From an uncultured delta proteobacterium (GTDB taxonomy: Bacteria; Myxococcota; Myxococcia; Myxococcales; Myxococcaceae), in NCBI GenBank assembly GCA_963796055.1, contig CAWCKH010000006.1, positions 32,001-96,000 of the forward strand: 64,000 nt of DNA, read 5' to 3'. Below, piece after piece: positions 10,895-19,607 of this stretch (position 1 is its first letter; each line of letters opens with the position of its first letter). The translations under genes and the position numbers were made by a program. The notes beneath the pieces are model-generated. The model was not told the origin of the DNA and searched no databases. It saw only the letters and a list, made by a program, of their open reading frames with translations.

Positions 10895-12083
10895 CTAGAA
10901 TCTCCTTCTGGACCAGGAGCACCGAGGCGTTCGCGGCGTAGAGCCGGTCGTTGGCCACCATGAGCGAAGCGCTCAACGCGTCCCGCAGCTGGCGCCCGAC
11001 ACTGAACGGCGAGTCGTTCTTGTAGCCGTTGATCCCGCAGATCTGGAGCCCGGCCTCGACGATGCGAGTGACCGCATGCGAGGCGTTGATCTTGAGATTG
11101 TTGATCCGGAGCGCGAAGGCCATCCCCGACAGCTCGCCCGAGCGGCTCGGGTCTTCGCGCAGCTCCTGGTACTCGGCCGCCATCGCCGAGAGGGAGGCAC
11201 GCATCGCCTGGAGCTCGGCGTGCACCTCGGCCAGCCGCAGGGCGGACGGAGGCGTGGTGCCGGGCTTCTTCCGGGCCTCGCCGCGCACGGAGGCCGCGGC
11301 CCGGTCGACGGCGCTGGTGGCGATGCCGGTCCACACCGCGCCCCACAGGAGATGCGAAACCGGGACCATGGTCTCGGCGCCGATGTCCGCGAAGGGAACC
11401 GGGAGGATCTGCTCCACCGAGGCCACGCCTTCCACCAGCCCACCCGCTGAGCAGGTCCCGCGCATCCCCAGCGCATCCCAGGTCCCCAGCTGCTTCAGCT
11501 GGTAGTCCTCCTTCTGGAAGAGGAGGAGCACCTGGTCACCCGGCGCGGAGTCGGTGCTCGCCCGGGCAGTGACGAGGAGATCGTCGGCCTGCACGCCGTA
11601 GGAGATGGTGGTCGCGTCCTTGGTGAGGCGGAACCGCTCCCGCTGCCGCTCCACCGCGCAGACCGAGGTCCGCAGCCCGCCACCGACCCCCACCTCCGAG
11701 GTGACGGAGGCGATGAGCCGCTGGGAGGCCGAGACTCGGCGCAGGTACGCCGGGAACCAAGGGCTGGCGAGCCCGTGGTGCACCAGGCACGCGACCTCGA
11801 TCTGGTGCATGGCGAAGATCATCGCCGTGGAGGCGCAGTGCTCGGCGAGCACCTCGCACACCTCGATCAGCTCGCGGATCGAGCACCCACCGCCGCCGAG
11901 GCTCGTCGGCACGTACGCCGACAGGAGCCGGGCCTGGCGGAGCGCCCAGATCGCCTCCTCGGGAAAGCGGCCCTCGCGGTCGACGGCGTTGGCGTGGCGC
12001 GAGGCCACCGTTCTTCCGATCTCCTCGGCCCGCTCCCGCAGGGTCGCTTGGTCGGACGTCGCGGTTTCGGCGGCGTGAGGCAC
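10895..12083 (-). CDS. Acyl-CoA dehydrogenase-like flavoprotein (stop displaced by a probable 1-nt insertion)
   Basis: DREGRFPEE, CASTAMIFAMH, WDALGMRGTCS; GAGGAG RBS before GTG 12083; GAG ATT C TAG becomes GAG ATC TAG if one base is removed at 10898-10902. Confidence 0.88.
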
Positions 12084-12121
12084 GGAGTGCTCCTCGAGGT
12101 TTCGGTGGGAGGGCGCCCCTG

Positions 12122-12376
12122 CTACGCGGCCCTGCTGCGCAGCTCGTCGAGCGCTGCCGCGATGGCGGAGATGCTCTCGAAGACGCTGCGGCGGAGCATC
12201 CGATCGGGAAACTCGACGTCGAAGTGCGCCTCCAGGGCGAGCATGACGTTGACACTGGCGTGCGAGGTCATGCCCGCTCGATAGAGGTCGTCTTCGGAAC
12301 GGATCTGCTCGATGGGGAGGGACAGCCTGCCATGCTTGCCGAGGATGGTTCGGATCGCGTCTTCCACGTGTCGCAA
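12122..12376 (-). CDS. Acyl/aminoacyl carrier protein
   Basis: DDLYRAGMTSHASVNVMLALEAHFDVEFPD with the Ppant Ser; 84 aa; first gene of the ligase operon. Confidence 0.92.
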   Translation of the reverse strand: MRHVEDAIRTILGKHGRLSLPIEQIRSEDDLYRAGMTSHASVNVMLALEAHFDVEFPDRMLRRSVFESISAIAAALDELRSRAA

Positions 12377-12493
12377 GATCGTCGCAAGGGAGGAGGGGAC
12401 CGGTCAACCTCTTCACGAGGCCGTGCGACATCCATTCCCGGTAATCCTCGGAGTGGGAGCGTGGCGGGTAATGCCCGACCCGGCGGATGGCAG

Positions 12494-13405
12494 TCAGCGC
12501 GCCCCACCGTCCGCGGTCCGAGACAGCGCGCGATCGAAGAATTCACCGAGCGCTGCATCGAGCCCGGTCGGATCGGCTTGGAAGAATCCACCATGCCCCG
12601 CACGCTGGGCGCGCCAGCGCAGGGAGTTCGGCACCTGGGCGGCGAGCGCGTCGTCGATCGCCGCCGGGGTATCGTCGTCGAGCGCTCCGGAGAGGAAGAG
12701 GAGCGGGCGAGGCGCGATGCGCCGGATCGCCTCCACCGGGCTGACCGCGCCGACGTCGACCCCGGAGAGACGGAAGACGCCGGCGGCCACCAGGGCCGAC
12801 TTCAGATGGGTCAGGGGGAAGCGGTGCCGGAGCTCGTCCCGCAGCGATGGCCATACCGGCCCGAGCGCCACGGCGCGGACGAGTGGATCGGCGGCGGCGC
12901 TCAGGGCCACGGTCGAGGCCCCGACCGAGAAGCCGTAGAGCCCGACGCGGGCCGGATCGACGCCCGGCCGGCTACGGACCCAGCGGAGCGCGGCCCCGAC
13001 GTCTCGCCGCTCCCGGTCTCCCCAGGTGGCCAGCGAGCCCTCGCTCGCACCGCTCGCGCGGGAGTCGAAGAGGAGCACCGAGTGACCGCGGCGAAGAAGG
13101 AGGGCCGCCTCGGGGAGGAGCTCGGCGCGGTTGGCCCCGAGCCCGTGCACCAGCACCACCGCCGAGCCCCTGCTTCCCGGAGCGTACCAGCCGCGGAGCA
13201 CGAGCCCATCCTCGGTGCGAAGCTCGGCCGGCTCGAGCCCCGGAAGGGAGCGGCGCGCCCCGGCGAGGTCCGCGTCCGTCGGCGGGCGGCGCTGCGGATG
13301 GAGGTCGCGGAGCGCCGCAGGGACGGTGTGCCAGGTCACGCTGACGACGAGGAGAATGGCGAACCCGGCCACCCACCCTGCAGCGCGGCTGAGCGGGCCA
13401 CCCAA
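12494..13405 (-). CDS. Membrane-anchored alpha/beta hydrolase
   Basis: N-terminal TM segment, LVHGLG, GFSVG nucleophile elbow, GALDD and AGH triad residues. Confidence 0.85.
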   Translation of the reverse strand: MGGPLSRAAGWVAGFAILLVVSVTWHTVPAALRDLHPQRRPPTDADLAGARRSLPGLEPAELRTEDGLVLRGWYAPGSRGSAVVLVHGLGANRAELLPEAALLLRRGHSVLLFDSRASGASEGSLATWGDRERRDVGAALRWVRSRPGVDPARVGLYGFSVGASTVALSAAADPLVRAVALGPVWPSLRDELRHRFPLTHLKSALVAAGVFRLSGVDVGAVSPVEAIRRIAPRPLLFLSGALDDDTPAAIDDALAAQVPNSLRWRAQRAGHGGFFQADPTGLDAALGEFFDRALSRTADGGAR

Positions 13406-13418
13406 GGCGGCGGAGCGC

Positions 13419-14780
13419 TCAGTGGCTACCGCGGCCGCTCACCACCGCGGGAACGGTCTTCAGGATGAGCCCGATGTCCTGACCCATGCTCCAGTGGTCG
13501 ATGTACTGGAGGTCGAGGTACATCCAGTCGTCGAAGGCGACGTTGTTACGTCCGCTGACCTGCCACAGACAGGTGAGCCCGGGCGGCACGGAGAGTCGGC
13601 GGTGCTGCCACGGCTCGTACTGCGCGACCTCCTGGGGAACGGGCGGACGGGGACCGACCAGGGTCATGTCCCCGCGGAGCACGTTCACCAGCTGCGGTAG
13701 CTCGTCGATGCTGTATTTGCGGAGGATGCGACCCAGCGGGGTGACCCGCGGATCGTGCTTCATCTTGAAGACCGGACCGCTCTGCTCGTTTTGCGCGAGG
13801 AGCTTCGCCTTCAGCTCCTCGGCGTTCGAGACCATGGAGCGAAACTTGAGCATGTTGAACTTCTTGCCGTGCAGCCCGACCCGGACCTGCCGGAAGAAGA
13901 CCGGGCCCCGCGAGGTGAGCTTCACCAGGGCGGCGATCACCAGCAGGAACGGGGAAAGCACCCAGAGCCCCGCCGCCGAGCCGGCGATGTCGAGGAGGCG
14001 CTTCAGCGCACGATGCTCTGGGCGCAGCACTCCGCCGGTCACGTAGTGGAGGAAGCCGTCGGCCACGGCCTTGCTCGCCACCGGCTGAGCCCTGCCGAGA
14101 CGAACGCTGTACGCGGGCAGCGCGAAGGGAACACCGTAGGTCTCGCAGACGTTCACCGCCTCCTGCACCGCGGCCTGCCGGTCGGGGAGACCGCAGAGGT
14201 ACACCTCGTCGAAGGCGCGGCCGTTGAGGACCTGGGGCAGCTCCCGCGCCAGACCGAGCACCTCGCCTCCGAGTGGCTTGGTGACCACCTCTCCCGGCCA
14301 GGTGAGGAAGCTGCAGACGGAGTCCTTGCGGCCGAGATCCTCACCGGTGATCCGGCCGAGGGGGCCCGCGCCGATGATCAGTATCTGCCGCTGCGCGCGT
14401 CCCTGACTCTGGAGAACGCCGTGGGCCGTCAGGCGCAGGAACACGAGGACAGGCAGAGCGACGGCGAGCATCGTCGCCACGCTCGGGGCGTCGCCTCCGA
14501 CGACGCGACCTCCGAGCCCGAGCACGGTCGCGACCGCGAGGAGGATGATGAGGGTGATGAGCAGGTCGTCGAGCAGCGGGCGCTCGCTTGCCGAACCGTA
14601 GTGACGCACCACCGAGCTCGTTCCCCAGAACACGAGCACCGCGCTGGCGACGGAGAGCGCCTGCACCAACCACGCGCCCCGCGTCGCGAGTAGCACCGCA
14701 GCCGAGAGCGCAGCGAGGTCGAGCCCGAGCGCGAGCTTCGCCGCAGGAGTCGGAGCGAATCGATGAATGCTGAGAATCAC
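13419..14780 (-). CDS. Priming polyisoprenyl-phosphate hexose-1-phosphate transferase (WcaJ/WbaP/EpsZ-like)
   Basis: N-terminal TMs, IIGAG domain, KRLLDI, KFRSM, DELPQL, LVGPRP, DLQYID; start 14780 (GTG) or 14807. Confidence 0.95.
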   Translation of the reverse strand: MILSIHRFAPTPAAKLALGLDLAALSAAVLLATRGAWLVQALSVASAVLVFWGTSSVVRHYGSASERPLLDDLLITLIILLAVATVLGLGGRVVGGDAPSVATMLAVALPVLVFLRLTAHGVLQSQGRAQRQILIIGAGPLGRITGEDLGRKDSVCSFLTWPGEVVTKPLGGEVLGLARELPQVLNGRAFDEVYLCGLPDRQAAVQEAVNVCETYGVPFALPAYSVRLGRAQPVASKAVADGFLHYVTGGVLRPEHRALKRLLDIAGSAAGLWVLSPFLLVIAALVKLTSRGPVFFRQVRVGLHGKKFNMLKFRSMVSNAEELKAKLLAQNEQSGPVFKMKHDPRVTPLGRILRKYSIDELPQLVNVLRGDMTLVGPRPPVPQEVAQYEPWQHRRLSVPPGLTCLWQVSGRNNVAFDDWMYLDLQYIDHWSMGQDIGLILKTVPAVVSGRGSH

Positions 14781-15035
14781 TCCTCCTCCACGCGCAGCTC
14801 GTTTCAACGAGCGAGTTGGTCGACCTGTGGTGCCTCAGGCGACGGGCGCGGAGTCTTCCTCACCACCTCACAACACACAAAGGTCTTTTGTGTGTCGCGT
14901 GCATGAGGTTTCGCACACCCAGGGTCGCCGTTGCCCGAGGTCGGAGCACCACGTCCGACCGGGCGTGACGCGATCACAATCCGTCGTGCACGTCGGATCG
15001 ACCGAAAGATCGGGTCGAGAATGACTCGGCAAGCA

Positions 15036-15079
15036 GCAGGTCCACGCTCGCGTTTGCGCAGGTCCACGCTCGCGTTTGC
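15036..15079. repeat. Perfect 22-bp tandem direct repeat in divergent promoter region
   Basis: GCAGGTCCACGCTCGCGTTTGC at 15036-15057 and 15058-15079; partial copy AGGTCCAC....GTTT at 15101. Confidence 0.9.
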
Positions 15080-15130
15080 TCGGCCCGCAGCGCACATGCT
15101 AGGTCCACCCCCGTTTCGAGGGAGGGAACC

Positions 15131-15751
15131 GTGGCGGACCGGGGTTCGGCGAGGCATTCGGAAGTGCTCGCCCTCACAGCACTTCTTGGACTGTGCGTCT
15201 CCACCGCCTGCGCCACGAGCGGCTCGTACACGTGGGTGAACGACTACGAGGAACCTCCAATGACCGGGCAGTCCGAGTACATCATCCAGCCCGGCGACGT
15301 GGTGCAGATCCGGGTCTTCAACCAGCCGGACATGTCGACCAAGGCGCGGGTCCGGGACGACGGAAAGATTTCCATCCCCTTCCTCAATGACGTGGTGGTT
15401 GCCGGTACGGAACCCAACGCCCTCGCGAAGCAGCTGCAGGCAAAGCTCAAAGAATTCATCAATGCGCCGGTGGTCACGGTCTCTCTTGAGGAGGCGCGGC
15501 CCTTCCAGGTCGCGGTGATGGGCGAGCTGGTGAAGCCGGGGCTGTACCAGGTGCCGCCGGGGGCCGGCGTGCTCCAGGCCCTGGCCGCCGCCAGCGGCTT
15601 CAACCAGTACGCGTCCCGGGACCGCATCTTCGTGGTGCGCGACGCGCCAGCGCGAGCCCGGATTCGCTTCACCTATGAGCAGCTGAGCCAGGCCGAGGGA
15701 AAAGCGGCGACCTTCCGGCTCCGGCCGGGAGACAGCGTGGTCGTCGAGTAG
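15131..15751 (+). CDS. Short OPX/Wza-family polysaccharide export protein (EpsY-like)
   Basis: YIIQPGDVVQI, VRDDGKISIPFL (PES motif), one SLBB domain ending LRPGDSVVVE; no C-terminal OM helix. Confidence 0.9.
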   Translation: MADRGSARHSEVLALTALLGLCVSTACATSGSYTWVNDYEEPPMTGQSEYIIQPGDVVQIRVFNQPDMSTKARVRDDGKISIPFLNDVVVAGTEPNALAKQLQAKLKEFINAPVVTVSLEEARPFQVAVMGELVKPGLYQVPPGAGVLQALAAASGFNQYASRDRIFVVRDAPARARIRFTYEQLSQAEGKAATFRLRPGDSVVVE

Positions 15752-15758
15752 AGCCTCG

Positions 15759-17066
15759 ATGGGCGTGGTCTCGTCCGGTCTGTTGGCGCTGGTGTTGCTG
15801 CAGGCCGATCCGGTCCTGAGCACCACTCCGATCGTCGCCCGGGACGCGGAGCTGCCGCCGGAGCCGGTCCGGTTCAGCGCCGGCGTCCGCGCCGAGGTCC
15901 GGTCCGGTCACCCGAACGCGAGCATCCCCTCGGCGACCACTGATCTTGAGATCGATCCGACGGTGGGCGTGCGCCTCCCGGGCTCCACGAGCTCGCTGAC
16001 GGTGAGCTACGACCCTCGCATCTTCATCGTCGCCAGCTCGACCACCGCCGCGCCCGGCTCCACGGCCCGGAAGGTCTCCTATCTCCACCGGGGGTACCTC
16101 TCCGCGGACCACACGATCCGCTCTCGATGGAAGCTCTATTTCAACGGCCGGGGGGCCTACGGGGACTACGACTTCCTGCCGCTGAGCACGGTGGTCCCCG
16201 GCGTTGGCCAGCCCTCCTCCCCCGGCAACCCAGTGCCCGGCTCGCCGACGACGCCGGGGGTCCCCATCCCCGGGGTGGGAAGCCTGCCCGACGTGCGTTT
16301 CCTGAAGGTGGTGGAGCTCGTGGGCGGCGCCGGGGTGGTCCACACCTTCTCGCCCACCCTGTCCTGGCGACTGGCCGGCGGCTACTCGGTCGCCGGCGGC
16401 GCCAACAGCGATGCACAGGCCACCCTGCCGCTGCAGAAGGGTCCGATGGGGAGCACCGGTCCGGAGTGGGCGGTCGGCCCCAACGATTCCGTCACCGCGC
16501 TGCTCAACGCCAGTTACAGCAAGTTCATTGGCCCGCAGTTCAGTACGGCACCGACCGCCACCCTCCTCGACCTGACCGTGGACTGGAGCCACCGCTGGAG
16601 TCCATCCTGGCAGACGGACCTGTTCGCCGGGGCGAGCGGCTTCCACGCCACCGGGCCGGGGCGGCCCGTGAAGAACTCGGTGCTTCCGATCGGCGGGTTC
16701 ATCGTCACCCATGTCCTGTACGGCCATACGGGAAACGTGCGGAACACGCTCCAGGTCCGGGCCGTTCCACTCCCCGACCGCCTCAACGGCATCGTCTATG
16801 AACGGTTGGAGGCCATCCTCATCAGCTCCCTTCCTCTGGTGGAACGGCTCTGGCTGGACACCAGCGGTGGAGCCGCGCTGGCTCCTTCCATCGACCAGGT
16901 GGACATCCGGGTGGAGGCGCGCCTGAGCTACGCTTTCACCCGGCAGCTGGGGGTCTCCATCGGGATGCGAGCCGCCTGGCTCGAGGGGTCCACCCTGCTC
17001 GGCCCCAGTGGCTTCGGCTGGCTGGGCTTCCTCAATCTCACGGCCTTCGCCGTCGGACCCCTGTGA
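15759..17066 (+). CDS. Putative outer-membrane beta-barrel partner of the OPX protein (EpsX/ExoB-like)
   Basis: Signal peptide; alternating aromatic/Gly amphipathic strands; directly after a short OPX gene as in Myxococcus EPS loci. Confidence 0.65.
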   Translation: MGVVSSGLLALVLLQADPVLSTTPIVARDAELPPEPVRFSAGVRAEVRSGHPNASIPSATTDLEIDPTVGVRLPGSTSSLTVSYDPRIFIVASSTTAAPGSTARKVSYLHRGYLSADHTIRSRWKLYFNGRGAYGDYDFLPLSTVVPGVGQPSSPGNPVPGSPTTPGVPIPGVGSLPDVRFLKVVELVGGAGVVHTFSPTLSWRLAGGYSVAGGANSDAQATLPLQKGPMGSTGPEWAVGPNDSVTALLNASYSKFIGPQFSTAPTATLLDLTVDWSHRWSPSWQTDLFAGASGFHATGPGRPVKNSVLPIGGFIVTHVLYGHTGNVRNTLQVRAVPLPDRLNGIVYERLEAILISSLPLVERLWLDTSGGAALAPSIDQVDIRVEARLSYAFTRQLGVSIGMRAAWLEGSTLLGPSGFGWLGFLNLTAFAVGPL

Positions 17067-17566
17067 GCACCACCCCTTCCGGGAATCGCCCGGGCCGACT
17101 GGCACCCGAGGCCGAGGCGTGGTCCGATGGGAGGGAGCGTCGTTTGGCGAGCATGGATGATGGCGTGATCGAGCGTCGAAGGGCCCTGGTCGTCGAGGAC
17201 AATCCCGACGCACGCGCCCTGGTCAGGACCTACCTCCGGAAGATGGACTTCGAGGTGGTCGAGGCGGCCGAGGGCCGTTCGGCCATCCGGGCCCTGGCGA
17301 GCTCGCGCCCGGATCTGGTCTGCCTCGATCTCATGCTGCCGGAGCTGAGCGGGTTCGAGGTCTGCGAGTACATGCGGTCCCAGCCCGAACTCCGGGACGT
17401 TCCGATCCTGGTGATGAGCGCCCGGGCCAAGCCGATGGACCGCGCCTTCGCCGAGGAGGTCGGCGCCACGGCCTACCTCATCAAGCCCTTCAAGCTCAGC
17501 GAGCTCAGCCGGGCGGTGGCGGCGTGCATCGCGCGCGCAACGCCGGCCAACGGGGACTCGACGTGA
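17063..17566 (+). CDS. Single-domain response regulator (EpsW-like); alternative start 17153
   Basis: VVEDN, CLDLMLP (phospho-Asp), MSAR and KPF receiver motifs. Confidence 0.9.
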   Translation: MSTTPSGNRPGRLAPEAEAWSDGRERRLASMDDGVIERRRALVVEDNPDARALVRTYLRKMDFEVVEAAEGRSAIRALASSRPDLVCLDLMLPELSGFEVCEYMRSQPELRDVPILVMSARAKPMDRAFAEEVGATAYLIKPFKLSELSRAVAACIARATPANGDST

Positions 17567-19017
17567 CCGCGCCGGACCCGACCGAGCCCGCGACACCGGC
17601 CGAAGATTTCCAGCTGGTCGACTTCCAGCAGCTGAGGAATCGGATCGGTTTCGCTCTCCGGGCCGTGGGGCGCCGCAGGGGCCTCTTCCTGGTCATCTTC
17701 CTCATCGTGGCCGCGCTCGCCGGGGGCGCGCTCGCCATCATTCCCCGCACCTTCCACGTCGAAACCCAGCTCCTCGCGCTGCGCGTCGCGATGATGCCGG
17801 CGCTCGGGAACCCCGGACGGAAAGTGCCCCTCGACGCGGACAGCCCGACCCGGGCGGCGGCCGAGGCGGTGCTCCGTCGCGACAACCTCATCTCGCTGAT
17901 CAAACAGACCGACCTGATGAGTTACTGGGCGCTGAACCGTCCTCCGGTGCTCCGGCTCAAGGATCGGCTGGTCGCCCTGGTGGATCCGCCCACCGAGGAA
18001 GACAAGCTCAACGCGATGATCGGCTTCCTCGAGGCCCGGCTGAGCGTGGTCACCGGCCCCTCGACGGTGACCATCTCCATCGACTGGCCGGATGCCGAGC
18101 TGGCCTACCGTCTGGTGGAGACCGCTCAGCAGAACTTCCTCGAGCAGCGGCACGCCGAGGAGGTCTCCACCATCGCCGAGACCATCTCCATCCTCGAGGG
18201 TCACGCCGCCACCGTCCGCGAATCGCTCGACGCGGCCATGGACGACCTGCGAAAGACGCACGAGGTCGGTCCCCTCACGCCGAGCAGTCAGGGGACGACA
18301 GCCCAGGTGACTCCCCGGAAGGACCCGGCCCAGGAGGCGCGACGGGCCGAGACCGCGGAGCTCAGGCTGATGCTGGAGGCCAAGCGGCGGGCGATCACCG
18401 AGCTGGAGGAGTTCCGGCGGCGGCGGCTGGCCGAGCTCCAGGCGGACCTGGCGCAGCAGAAGACCGTCTACGCCAGCGCCCATCCGGTGGTCCTGAAGCT
18501 CCAGCAGAGCATCAACGCGATGCAGGAAGACTCGCCCCAGCTCCTCGCCCTACGCAAGGAGGAGTCGGCGTTGTCGGAGGAGCTCGCGGCGAGGATGGCC
18601 AGCGCCCGCGCCGAGGGAAGCCTCGCCCGCGGCCCCCGCCCCGTCGACGCTGCTCCCGCCCGCCGGACGGATGCGCCAGGGCAGGACGTGGCCGGGGAGT
18701 ACGCCCGGACGCGGGTCCGGTTCGCGATGGAGAAGTACGACAACCTCCTCGAGCGCATCGACAGCGCCCAGATCGAGCTGGACACCGCACGGGCTGCCTT
18801 CAAGTACCGCTACAGCGTGGTCCGCCCCCCCATCTTTCCGAAGCGTCCGAGCAAGCCGAAGGTCCCGGTCTTCGTCGCCGGTGCCCTCTTCGCCGCGCTG
18901 ACCTTCGGGTTGGCGGCGGCGGTGCTGGCCGACCTCCGGTCGGGACGGCTCCTGGAACCGTGGCAGGTGGAGCGGCAACTCGGACTCACCATCCTTGGAG
19001 AGCTGCCACGGAGCTGA
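17563..19017 (+). CDS. Polysaccharide co-polymerase 1 (Wzc/GumC-like, no fused kinase)
   Basis: Two TMs flanking a coiled-coil periplasmic region; Pro-rich PPIFPKRPSKPK before TM2; ends LGLTILGELP. Confidence 0.88.
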   Translation: MTAPDPTEPATPAEDFQLVDFQQLRNRIGFALRAVGRRRGLFLVIFLIVAALAGGALAIIPRTFHVETQLLALRVAMMPALGNPGRKVPLDADSPTRAAAEAVLRRDNLISLIKQTDLMSYWALNRPPVLRLKDRLVALVDPPTEEDKLNAMIGFLEARLSVVTGPSTVTISIDWPDAELAYRLVETAQQNFLEQRHAEEVSTIAETISILEGHAATVRESLDAAMDDLRKTHEVGPLTPSSQGTTAQVTPRKDPAQEARRAETAELRLMLEAKRRAITELEEFRRRRLAELQADLAQQKTVYASAHPVVLKLQQSINAMQEDSPQLLALRKEESALSEELAARMASARAEGSLARGPRPVDAAPARRTDAPGQDVAGEYARTRVRFAMEKYDNLLERIDSAQIELDTARAAFKYRYSVVRPPIFPKRPSKPKVPVFVAGALFAALTFGLAAAVLADLRSGRLLEPWQVERQLGLTILGELPRS

Positions 19018-19101
19018 AGCTCCCGTGGCCCGGGCGGGGGGGGGTCACCGGGGCCTGCTTGATCTGTGCGGGCCGGCCCTCTATGTCGCCTCAGGGGACG
19101 A

Positions 19102-19605
19102 GTGGTGGCGCCCGCGACGACCTTCAAGCTTTCGGATGACACCGCCCCGGAGGGCTTGCCACGGGTCGGCACCCCGCCGGTGTCGATCCAGCAGCTCTGG
19201 TTCGCGATCCAGCGGCTGGAATGGTCGAGCATGGTGCTGGTCCCCGCCGGACCCGAGACCTCGGCCCTGGAGGTCGGGAAGTCCCTCCACGAGGTGGGCC
19301 GGCTGGCCATGGGGGACCGGCTCCGGCTGATCGACGGCCGCGGGGTGAAGGTGGACGGGACCGCGTCGCTGATCCTCGACATGACCGGTGACTCCCCGGT
19401 GCGTCCCGCCGGGCCCCAGCTCAGCGAGCGGGTCCTGGTGATGATCGACTCGCCCCTGGAGCAGCCTTCGGGGGTGCCCATCGCCCTCGCCGCCGACGCG
19501 GCCATCCTCTGCATCGAGCTGGGGAAGAACACCACCGCCAGCGCTCGCGAAACCCTGCAGCTCATCGGCTCACAACGCTTTCTGGGCTGCATCACGCTGG
19601 TGTGA
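19102..19605 (+). CDS. Stand-alone BY-kinase-like protein with degenerate P-loop (WzeX-like pseudokinase)
   Basis: Walker-B-like VMIDSP, ADAAILCIELG and FLGCI; no GxxGxGKS at the P-loop position (VPAGPETSA). Confidence 0.7.
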   Translation: MVAPATTFKLSDDTAPEGLPRVGTPPVSIQQLWFAIQRLEWSSMVLVPAGPETSALEVGKSLHEVGRLAMGDRLRLIDGRGVKVDGTASLILDMTGDSPVRPAGPQLSERVLVMIDSPLEQPSGVPIALAADAAILCIELGKNTTASARETLQLIGSQRFLGCITLV

Positions 19606-19607
19606 GG

